Origin: Octopus vulgaris
Lineage: Eukaryota
Assembly (NCBI GenBank): GCA_951406725.2
Contig: OX597821.1
Location: 6,634,001 to 6,698,000 of the forward strand
Reading direction: 5' to 3'
Length of the DNA: 64,000 nt
Positions 53,739-64,000 of this stretch are shown here, one piece after another. Made by a program: the position numbers and the translations under genes. The first letter of the stretch is position 1. Each line of letters starts with the position of its first letter. The notes below the pieces were generated by a model that ran no database searches, had not been told where the DNA came from, and saw nothing but the letters and a program-made list of their open reading frames with translations.

Positions 53739-56301
53739 TCCCTTCTGCATTGTGCCATTCAAGACATTATATTTCCCAAACAATATACAATGTATGAAGC
53801 AAACTACAATACTCTCATATATATGTGTGTGTGTGTGTGTGCATGTATATATATGTAATTAAATACTAAGGGTTGAAATTGATATTAACAAATTAAAACC
53901 AGTAGCTTAGCATATTTAAAAAAATCCAAAGATTAAAAATTTGTGTTGCATACAAAATTACGAGGAATGACCACTAAAGTGGACACCTAATATACTAAAC
54001 ATAGACATCAAATAGCCATTACCACGAAGAATGTGTTCTCAAGAAAAATCTCAGCAAAACGCCAAAATATAAAAACGAGTAAGACAAATGAAAATAAATG
54101 AAATAAAAAATGATTACCTACAAACCAATGGTTTCACTTGTTAATATCTACATATGCAAACATGCAGATATTTACAAGATATTGTTGGTATGGAAGTAAT
54201 CGGTTTTTATTATATGTCATATATATATATATAATAGAAATATTAAAATTACTAAGTCTCTATAAAAGAGATTACGACAGCGTTTACTGGAAATTAATTG
54301 TTATCGCCATATTAATATGGCATTCTTATAGATATAAGAATAATCGCTGCCGCTGGTCAGCTCCATGAGGCCACCGCCTTAAGATAGCTATTGATACACG
54401 ATCTGTATCCATTATAACCTTCAAACAAGGTTATATATATATATATATACGACAAGCTTCTTTCAGTTTGTCCACCAAACCCACTTACAAGGCTTTGCTT
54501 GGCCCATGTGGCACATTGGGATTGAATGCAGAACCATGAATTTGCAAAGCAAGCTTCTTACCACATGGCCACAATTTCTGCTTACCAAATTCTACTTGCA
54601 ACGTTTTGCTCAGCCGTAGCTGTGTTTGGAAACACTTGCTGAAAGTACTACACTATGGGATGATTAAAACTGAAATCACAAGGTTGATAAGCAAACTTCA
54701 TAGCCACATAGTAATGAGTTTTTTTCTTTTGTTTTTGGAAACAATTCATTAGACCCTATGTAACTGGTGTGTGTGTGTGTGTTATGTATATATATGTATC
54801 TTTTGTTGATTGGTCCCAGGTCAGCCTCGATCAAGCAGATCAATAATCAAAGACATTCTAGCCATGGCAATATCATCTTTTCCTCATTTTTATGGAACCT
54901 AGGATCAGAGCAGTTTGGCTGCTATTTCTGTCAATATTTCTGAACAATAACGTAGGGGTTTCCTAGCTGGTTAATTTTACATTTGATGATTATAGTGTGT
55001 GTGTGTGTTTTGTTCTTTTCATTTATTCTTTTACTTGTTTCAGTCACTGGACTGTGGCCATGCTTGGGCAATGCCTAAGGTCAAAATCAAATACAAGATG
55101 CCTGCTGCATCTGAGACTCTGAGCCTGCACAGCATACACAATGCAGAAACATATACTGAATGCATGTATATACACATTGTCATTCACTTATACACACAAT
55201 CACACACATGCCACACCTGTGCATACATTCACATGCACACACACACACATACACACACACACATGCACACACACACACACACGCATACTATGGGTTACTT
55301 CTCAGTTATTGCCAACCATTTCCACCCTCAACTCATTTATCACCCGGGGCCATACTAACAGACACATGCCTTAGATGACACAGAGTAGGACTGAACCCCA
55401 AAACCATGGAGTTGCAAAACGAAGTCAACCACAAAAAACACACCAGTTCATTTCACCAAAGAATTTAAAGAATTAAGTGGTTGGTGTTTGGAAGGGCAGC
55501 CAGCTGTAGCAACCATGCCACAATAGACAATTGGAGTCTGGACAGCTCCCTACTGGCCAGATCCATGTCAAATAATCCAATCCATGTCAGCATGGAGACT
55601 GGATATCAGTTTAGTTAATTCTTTGATGATTTGTAACTATCAGAAATCTATGAAGCTGTGAGATGAACTTCTTAACCACACAGCCATGTCTGTGCCTATA
55701 TCATGGATTCTACCGACATTTAAGCACATTTAAATTTAGCTTAAGCAAAAGGGATAATATGCCATATTTATGGCTACACTCTTAAAACCAGAAAAATGAG
55801 TAGTGTATAGTTTTATATTATTCATATTACTTGTTTCAGTCATTGGACTGTGGCCATGCTGGGGCACCACCTCGACGGATTCAGCTGTACAAATTGACCC
55901 CCACCCCCTGTACTCATCTGTAAATCTGGTACTTATTCATTTAGTTTTTTTTTTTGCGAAACGGCTAAGTTATGAGGATGTAAACAAACCAACACTGGTT
56001 GTTGAGCAGTGGAGAGAGACAAGCACAACACAAATACACACATACATGAAGGCAACATGTTTCCTCTTAGTTCCCATCACCCAAACTCACTCACAAGGCA
56101 TTGGTCAGCCTGGAGTTATAGAAGAAAACAGTTGCTGAAGGTACCATGCTGTATGACCGAACCCAAAATCACATGGTTGCAAAAAGAGCTTCCTAACCAC
56201 ACACGTACACATGAAAAATGTACAGGCATCAGTTTTAGGTTGAAAAATCTGGAAAATACAGTCGATTTTATACATGAAAATATATGGTATACACCATAGC
56301 A

Positions 56302-56440
56302 TCACCCTTCGTTACTTTCACTTCTCCCTGCTTGCATAGGTTGGAGAGGTTTTCATTAATATGGCGTCTCACCCTTCGTTACTTTCACTTCTCCATGCTT
56401 GCATAGGTTGGAGAGGTTTTCATTAATATGGCGTCTCACC
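56302..56440. repeat. 67-bp tandem duplication (2 copies, 1 mismatch)
   Basis: tcacccttcgttactttcac...taatatggcgtc starts at 56302 and 56369. Confidence 0.9.
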
Positions 56441-58777
56441 ATTTGTTGCATTCCTTTGTCTTTGTAAGGTTCAATTAGCTTTCACTACTTTTACCCCTCT
56501 TCCACAATTTTCTCCCACTTGGATATATTACATTAAGAGTACGCTTGTCTATGGAATATTCAGCCACTTTGCACACAAATTCAGTGAGCAGGTCATCCAT
56601 GTCAAAACTGATGTTAGAGTCTATCATCTACACATCAATTATACACATATTTACACACAACACAACACACGCACGCATGCACACACACACACACACACAG
56701 CATCAAGTTTTGACAAATAAATCCTTCACTTGCATACATACAACACACATATCTACTCACGTACATACACACTTACACTCATACTATATACACACACACT
56801 TGCATAGATATATATACATTTAATTTATTCAGCTGCTTCCATTTGCACTATTATTTGTGCTTTTCCCATGCTACTCTTCATCAAACAGTGAAATATAGCA
56901 GGGTAAAATAAAATAAAATAAAAAAGGAAACCAACCTTCTGGTGAAAATCAATTTACATGTTAGCCACACATGACCTGATCTCACCCCCAAGAGTTGTAT
57001 TTAAGTTCAGGCCATGCATTTGCTTCTTATTCTTTTATGCTTCTTTATTTCTCCGTTTGGTCAGCTACTTAGATAAATCATAAATCTTAGTCATTTTCAA
57101 CCTCTTTCCTCATAGATAAATGCTTTCTCAATCATGGTATCATATCTAATTGTATTAATTGTTATCTTGGTTCAGTGAATACTTTACCTTTTCTTACCAC
57201 TTCTTTCTTTCTTTCTTTTTTCTTCTTCCAATAGTTTTCTACTCTTTCTTTATCTCTTTCTCATTCCTCTGTCTTCTGTTTGTTCATCTTAAATTAGTTT
57301 TTCTGTGCTGGCATAGGTTAGGTGGGTACTTATTCAAGGCAGTATTTAACTGTCAGATGCTCTTCCTGTTGCCAACTCTTACCTGTTTTAGTAGTAAGGG
57401 GTTGTGTTATTTCACCACTTTGAGAGTATAGAATTATGGGATGTAATGATCATCAGGAATGTAAACATGACAACACTCTTTCTTTACTCACATGACCTCG
57501 TGCAAAAGAAAAAAAAAATTTCAACTTTCACATACACGCACACACACACACACACACACACACTCATGTGCATGTATACTCGTACCATAGAGGAAAATAA
57601 GTGTTTTTCACATGAGTATAAAGGAAAGAATTTGAAAAGGCACTTGATGGCTTAAAAAAAATTATTTACATTTACTTAACAGATTTCACAATTTCATAAT
57701 TTTTAAAAGTATGAGATGAAGGAATCTAGAGCTATGCAGTATTATCTTTTACTGAAAATTTTACTGAATTTTACTGAAAATTTGCTCTTTGTCACCATTG
57801 CAATCTCAAATATTGGTAAATGCCATTGAAGTTGAAAAGGTTATTTTGTTGGATGAGTTTAACTCCTTTATTACTTAATCTTTTTCTGTATTCAGCTTAA
57901 GATTTCATAGGAGAAATTTTCAATCCAAAATTTTATGAATTATAGTTCACAGTTGTGTGGCATATTGAAGTATGGAGGTTTGTTATATCAAATAATTCAA
58001 TAATAGTGTTTTTATCATATTTCTTTTTTTGGTGGTAGCTTAACAGGTCCAAGTCACCCCTAATAAGGATTGGTATGGGTTTCAGGATGAATTTCTGCAG
58101 TATGTCTACAAAGTTGCTGAATCTGTATATTTCCCAGGTTGGGTTCACTACAAATTGTCTTAATTTAAGATCACTGGGATGTGATATGTTTATACATAAT
58201 AAATTTGATTCTTTACTGGGGTTGTACATTGTTTTGCTCTTGTGAATTTTAGGGAGTCCATATAGATCACTGGTTTTGCATTCAAAGTTCATTATATAGC
58301 TGCATTCCTTATTTGTTAAACCTTTTTGGCGTAGGTGAATGAAGGTGCTAAGATTCTTCATTGTTTACAATGCTTAGTACTTGCTTATCTTTTCATAATA
58401 GGTGGTGTCTTCTAGTGGGGATAAAAGACCATTTTTTTAGTATTCAATATCCATAATGACTGCGGCATATATCTTATCTGCTTCTTTAATTATGATGTCA
58501 GTGTTGTTTTTGAGGTCATTGATAATTTCTCATTCCCTTTGACGCATGCTGGAATTAGATTTAGAGCTTGATAGTTCATATGAGAAGTTGGATTTAAAAC
58601 CAGAAAATTTATCTAATGCATTGTTTCTATATATTACTGGGTTGTAATTGCTTTTATTTTGTACATTGTTTTCCATGTCAAATAATTTTGTATAGAATAG
58701 GCCATTCTGCTAAAGGAGTGAATTTTAATCCTTTGTTGTGTTGAAAGGTTTTTGTATGAAAGATAGATTATTTTCAA

Positions 58778-59012
58778 AGGTGGCGAGCTGGCAGAAATGT
58801 TAGCACGCCGGGTGAAATGCTTAGCGGTACTTCGTCTGCCGCTATGTTGTGAGTTCAAATTCCACCGCGGTCAACTTTGCCTTTCATCCTTTCGGGGTCG
58901 ATTAAATAAGTACAAGTTATGCACTGGGGTCGATATAATCGACTTAATCCATTTGTCTGTCCTTGTTTTTCCCCTCTGTGTGTAGCCCCTTGTGGGCACT
59001 AAAGAAATAAGA
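58778..59012 (+). mobile_element. SINE family B; other copies at ~3880-4095(+), 6175-6387(-), 12710-12915(-), 13515-13925(-, two), 24495-24724(+), 26030-26240(-), 32150-32383(+), 41793-42010(-), 59340-59905(+)
   Basis: Head ggcgagctggcagaa...gagttcaaattcc (B box); central gcctttcatcctttcggggtcgat-aaataagtacc resembles the conserved domain of Nin/Sauria-type SINEs. Confidence 0.85.
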
Positions 59013-59417
59013 TTATTTTCAATTTGTACCACTTTGTGTCATGAATTCTGTTGACTGGGCCTAAAACCAAAAAAATCTTTTAAGTTTGTCATTCTTTTGG
59101 CATTTCTACATCCATTGTCAGGTTTTTGTTTTTATCAGGATATCTGTAGCATTTGTATTCGTTCTTGGAACCAGATTGGCACTGGTTCTGTCTAGGATTG
59201 TTTTACAAGTTCTAATTCCTGTTCCCTTTATGTATGTTGGGATCCTTGAAAAAGTGAGTTTTGGGATTTTTTGAGTGAGCTTACTACAAAAGTCTACATA
59301 TCCTGGAATTGATTATGTTATTATTTTGGTATTATTTTCAGTCAGCTGGAAGAATCGTTAGCACGCTGGAAAAAATGCTTAGCAGCATTTTGTTCATCTT
59401 TATGTTTTGAGTTCAAA

Positions 59418-59814
59418 TCTTTATATATAAAAGTCAAGTTGTGTGTCTGTCTCCTACGATTTAGATTCCTAACTACTCCCAAATTTTGCAGTGCAGTTTA
59501 ACCAAAACCGGGCATCTTATAGTCGTGATTCATATCGAGCCCTTCTGGGTATTAGCACGCGTCTACGATGAGTCTACGATTTAAAAAAAATTCACCACTA
59601 TTTTTTTCCATTTTAATGCATTTTTTCGCTATTATATAAGGGAAGTAACTCTCTAAAAATGTCTACGATGAGTCAACGATTTAAAAAAAAAATTACCATA
59701 ATTTTTTTTCCATTTTTAATGCATTTTTTTGCTATTTTTTGGCTATAACTCTCTAAAAATGCTTATATAGTTATTTCCCTTACAAACCCAAGCAACGCCG
59801 GGCGATACTGCTAG
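59418..59814 (+). mobile_element. Non-autonomous Helitron inserted in a SINE
   Basis: 5' TC(tttatatataaaag), 3' GC-rich subterminal segment then CTAG, inserted between A and T with no TSD; internal ~100-bp direct duplication (starts 59561 and 59661). Confidence 0.8.
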
Positions 59815-60747
59815 TTCCCAATAAAATTGAATACTGAAGTTGATGTAATCCCTTTAGACCCTCTCTCCAAATCTACTGGCCTTGTGTCAAAATTTGAAGC
59901 CATTATTTTGGTATCCTTAATAAATATAAGTTCGATTTGTTTAATACTTACTTTTATTAATTGTCAGTAAGGTTTGTAGACTTTTAGCTTCATTTAAGAA
60001 TAGGCTATCACTATATTTTGTTTTGAATTCAGCTTCATAATTACTGAAACATTCTGATGATGAGATATTAATTCATCATTTTCCCTCCATATTTTATTGG
60101 TGTTTTCATAGAGTGAGCAACTGGCTTTTTTTTTTGTTTTGAAATTTTCCCTTCTATTTTTTCATTTGTCAGTTTAAGTTTTTGTTATTGGCATTAACTC
60201 TTAATCAGAATCGTCTGTCTTTCCATTTTGGATTTGTCTAGATCCATCTTCTCTAAGTTTTCTTTGTCGTTCAGGTTTATTATGGATAGGTTTCATGTAA
60301 CTTGTTATTTCCTGGAAAGGATAATATATGCTAAATTAATTCACTTTTCATATATTTTGGGTTTGCTGTTATTTTTCAAAATGCTTCAAAAATCAAGTTT
60401 CTGAGATGTGAGATTTCTGGGTCCATATATAGTTTATGCTGTTTTTGTTTAAATATGTTTGTTAATGTGCTATACCAGGTTGTTAATACCAGGTGGTGCT
60501 ATTAAGTTAGACATGGCCTGGGCCAATAATGGCCGAAACCTATCAAAGTATCAAAGTAATGTCGATTAATTAATATATTATATCTAAAACTCAGATTCTG
60601 GTGGTTGCAAGACAAATTTTTTAACCACTCAGCCAAACTTGTAGTCACATAAACATATACATCTATGTCTGTGCATATATATTAGTGTGTATATGCATAT
60701 GTGTAAATTTATGTATGCATATATATGTATATGAATGTGTGTGTGTG

Positions 60748-60825
<78 letters not shown>

Positions 60826-61609
60826 TATATAAGTGTATATATATATATATATATGTATGTATATATTTGTATACATGTACTATTAAATTTGGCCTTTACA
60901 TACTGACAAATTCTTTTTTTTTTCTCACTATCTTTCTATCTCCTACAAATACACACATACATAGTCTTTCACAATTTGGCCAGCTATTTAGATGACTAGA
61001 AGTGATTGCTAATGTCAGAATGATATAAGATATGTCTGGGACACTTTCCAGAGATGAAGCTAATTTCTATCTTTGTAACTATTGATTTTGATTTTCGTCC
61101 GTCTATCTCCAATGTGTGTGTATGTCTGCCTTTCATCTACATGTGTCTGTGTGTCTGTGTGTGTGTGTGTGTGTGTGTGCACGCATGCTATGTCTGTTTG
61201 TGTTGTGTTGTGTCCAGATGCATGTAATTTATGAAGGCTGGGTATTTAGTTGCTTAGTCCGGGTCAACTCTTATCAAACAAATCTATGATCAGAACGGAT
61301 TTTAGCATAACTTTTGTGTTTTTTTCTCTAGATACATTTTAACTAGAATCACATTATACAATGTATTCTTTCATTCTTGTGGTAATGGTAGGGTATGGTT
61401 TGAAGGAGATTTTTACTGTTGTTTCTAACAGGTCAAATGACCACACATGGATTTCTTCATTAGTTTGTGTATCATGTATATAGATGTCTGCATGTGTATA
61501 TGTGCATGTGTTTGCTACTCTTATACACACACTTGCACTTTAGCTATTATGAATATATATAAATATGTATGTGTATATGTATGTGTATGTATATATATGT
61601 ATATGTATA

Positions 61610-62176
61610 CACTTGCGTCGGAAATTAATTAGCACTTCTCAAATTTCTACATTTTCTTACATTTTCTTAATTTAATTAACTTATTATCAGAAACGAACTC
61701 GTTTTTAATCAAAATTTTATTAAAACATATCCCAGCACACCACATAATTGTTATTAATCGTGAAATTTAGTCAATATCTTGTTGCTCCTCCTTTGGCAGC
61801 AATGACAGCTGCTACGCGGGTCGGCATGCTGTCTATGAGTGCCTGCAGGTACTGTGCAGGGATGGCCCCTCATGCAGCAAGAAGTGCCCCAAACAGCTCG
61901 TGTCGGTTCCTGTATTGCTGCACATTCAAATCCCTACCCAATCGACTCCAGAGGTTCTCAATAGGGTTCAGGTCAGGTGACTGGCCAGCACGTACTCCTC
62001 GCCACCAAAGAGGTATCCCGTACTATCTCAACGTACTTTGCGGCGTTGATGTTGCCTTCGACGGCATAGAGCCGCCCAACACCACTGTAGCTGAACGCCC
62101 CTCACACCATCAGACCACCCCCACCATGCTTCATGGTGAGCAAATCAAGGGTGCTAATTAATTTCTGACAGTAGTG
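61610..62176 (-). mobile_element. Internally deleted Tc1-like transposon
   Basis: TA-flanked TIRs cacttgcgtcggaaattaattagcac / gtgctaattaatttctgacagtagtg; minus-strand QSPDLNPIENLW motif near 61945-61985. Confidence 0.88.
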
Positions 62177-62369
62177 TATATATATATATAACTATTCTAT
62201 AATTATAAACATAATTATAATTAGAGGTCAGCTAATTGCTTTGCCAAGCACTGAATTTAGAAATAGGAACTAAAATTCCATTTCTACTACCGTAAAGATC
62301 TCCCAGACAGTAACACACTTTTTTACGTCGGCAAAAAGATAAAATAACGAATCCACACGACTCAGATTA

Positions 62370-62433
62370 GCTACATATGCGTTTCGAGATTGAAGTAAAG
62401 TTATATTTACTTATTTCCCATCTTCAGTGCGGC
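62370..62433 (-). ncRNA. Minimal type I hammerhead motif (PLE-type), CpG-decayed
   Basis: Minus strand gccgca-CTGAAGA-t-ggga..aagtaaa/tttactt..tctc-GAAA-cgca-TA-tgtagc; reverts to canonical GAAACGCGTA with stem I gccgca/tgcggc. Confidence 0.65.
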
Positions 62434-62667
62434 ATTTCAAATATGAATTTAAAAGGATTAGATATGTAAGTGATCGAGCGTCAGTGCATGACTGATATTC
62501 ACCCAACTCTTTCAAAAATACACAGCCGAATGTGAACACATAATTATCCTCCTCAATACCCACGTGTGTGTTACAAGCAATCCAGCAGAAACTGCAGTTT
62601 TTGATCAGGGAGTAAATTATAATTTCGATACTAATAATAAATATCATTATTAATATAGAAATTGTAA

Positions 62668-63415
62668 GCAGCCCATTTATGCGTATCTTTCCTTCATTGG
62701 ACATTAAATTCTGCTTGCAAAGACCTGTTGAGGCAAGTGAGATCAAGATCAAAATCAAATTCGATGTCTGGCATCTGTGTTAGTAGAGTGCTTAGAGCAC
62801 CATTCAAGCGTAATCATTGCCCGAGCAGCTGACTGGATTCCATACCAGTGGCACGTAAAAAACACCATTCGAGTGTGATTGTTACCAGCATTGCCTTACT
62901 GGCTCTTGTGCCGGTAGCACGTAAAAAACACCATTCGAGTGTGATTGTTACCAGCATTGCCTTACTGGCTCTTGTGCCGGTAGCACGTAAAAAACACCAT
63001 TCGAGTGTGATTGTTACCAGCATTGCCTTACTGGCTCTTGTGCCGGTAGCACGTAAAAAACACCATTCGAGTGTGATTGTTACCAGCATTGCCTTACTGG
63101 CTCTTGTGCAGGTGGCACGTGAAAAAACATTTGAGCAAGATCATTGCCAGTGCCGCTGAACTGGCTCCTGTGCAGGTGTCACGTAAAAAAAATAGCATTT
63201 GAGTGTGGCCATTACCAATACTGCTTGACTGGCACGTAAAATCACCCACTACACTATCGGAGTGGTTGGCGTTAAGAAGGGCATCCAGCTGTAGAAACTC
63301 TGCCAGATCAGATTGGAGCCTGGTGCAGCCATCTGGTTTGCCAATCCCCAGTCAAATCATCCAACCCATGCCAGCATGGAAAGCGGACGTTAAACGATGA
63401 TGATGGTGATGATGA
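62668..63415 (+). mobile_element. 3' UTR-only copy of the same RTE family, with an internal 66-bp tandem expansion
   Basis: Colinear with the reverse complement of ~32752-33320; ends ...gcatggaaagcggacgttaaac(gat)n. Confidence 0.9.
62848..63120 (+). repeat. 66-bp tandem repeat, 4 near-identical copies
   Basis: gcacgtaaaaaacaccattcgagtgtgattgttaccagcattgccttactggctcttgtgccggta starts at 62851, 62917, 62983 and 63049; a diverged fifth unit starts at 63115. Confidence 0.95.
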
Positions 63416-63480
63416 TATATATATATATTTATATAATTGATGAGGGAAGCTGAAAATAGATTTGGTAAAAGTCTTTATTC

Positions 63481-63588
63481 AGCGTGATGATCGTTTCAAC
63501 CCATCCTACAACTGCCCCTTACAGATAGGATATTGTGCATCTAGTTGTGTTGCATCAATCAGTGTAGTTTGTGTTTCCTCAGGTGTTT
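63481..63588 (-). ncRNA. Hammerhead motif with extended stem II (same family as 48383-48485), core intact
   Basis: Minus strand aaacac-CTGAGGA-aacaca-(~66 nt)-tgggtt-GAAA-cgatca-TC-acgc, followed by AATAAA; stem I decayed. Confidence 0.6.
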
Positions 63589-64000
63589 GGTATAAAAGAT
63601 ATCCTTCTACATATACTGAGTTCCTCCAGGCCTGTTGTACTCTCTTGTAGTATGTAGGTACACTGACAGAGAATAGAATAATTCTGGGGTTATAATCTGC
63701 AGATGAGTCTGGCTACCAAATCCATTTTCTGTTTCCTTCATCAATTATAAACCAAATGAATACTGTGTAATTCTTGATGTAGATCCAGTGAAAACTATGC
63801 CTTAACTGTCGATGACATCAGGTAGCCCAAACAGTAAGTGTGCTTTAATCATCATACTAATAGTCATATATCCAAAGTCCAAATAATTACTTATATATAT
63901 ATATATATGTATGTATGTATGCATGACTTCATCATCATCATTTTATGATCACTTTCTATGTTGGCATAAGTTACATTGTGGGTCATCACAATCTGAATCA

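Larger units (their letters stand above)
57700..60450 (-). mobile_element. Decayed Penelope-like element (RT region), interrupted by two SINEs and a Helitron
   Basis: Minus-strand peptides KGLKFTP-like (~58720), IIKEADK..AVIMD (~58450-58495), LYGLPKIHK, LKLRQFV, FDITNLHTSI and QNNLFNFNG..IAMVTK (~57790-57850), all characteristic of PLE RTs; boundaries approximate. Confidence 0.8.

Noticed and set aside
62848-63245. CRISPR-like repeat array / 22-aa repeat ORFs on both strands
   Set aside because: The sequences between motifs are identical or homologous, there are no cas genes and the context is eukaryotic. It is a tandem expansion in an RTE 3' UTR; the ORFs arise because 66 is a multiple of 3.

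Overview
AT-rich, microsatellite-dense eukaryotic DNA. The SINE and LINE families look like those of octopod cephalopods (Octopus sp.; inferred, not proven). Only one host coding exon is visible: a 2.7-kb first coding exon (CDS 49224-51950, + strand) of a probable PEAK1/PRAG1(SgK223)-family protein. The rest is best read as intronic or intergenic DNA. It contains tRNA-derived SINEs (at least 4 families, with swapped modules), a young 5'-truncated RTE LINE, decayed Penelope-like (PLE) RT and GIY-YIG fragments, RLE-type LINE fragments, deleted mariner and Tc1 elements, a hAT MITE, a Helitron and a Helentron-type element. Nearly all short ORFs in the supplied track are microsatellite or SINE read-throughs. 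Most notable: (1) about eight hammerhead-ribozyme-like motifs (CUGANGA...GAAA, minimal type I), several arranged as fold-back inverted pairs, including a family with a ~60-nt structured insert in stem II; (2) a candidate recursive splice site (polypyrimidine-CAG|GTAAG) at 12525/12526; (3) a copy-number-variable array of ~65-nt double-hairpin units in the RTE 3' UTR. All calls were made by eye; no searches or folding computations were run.
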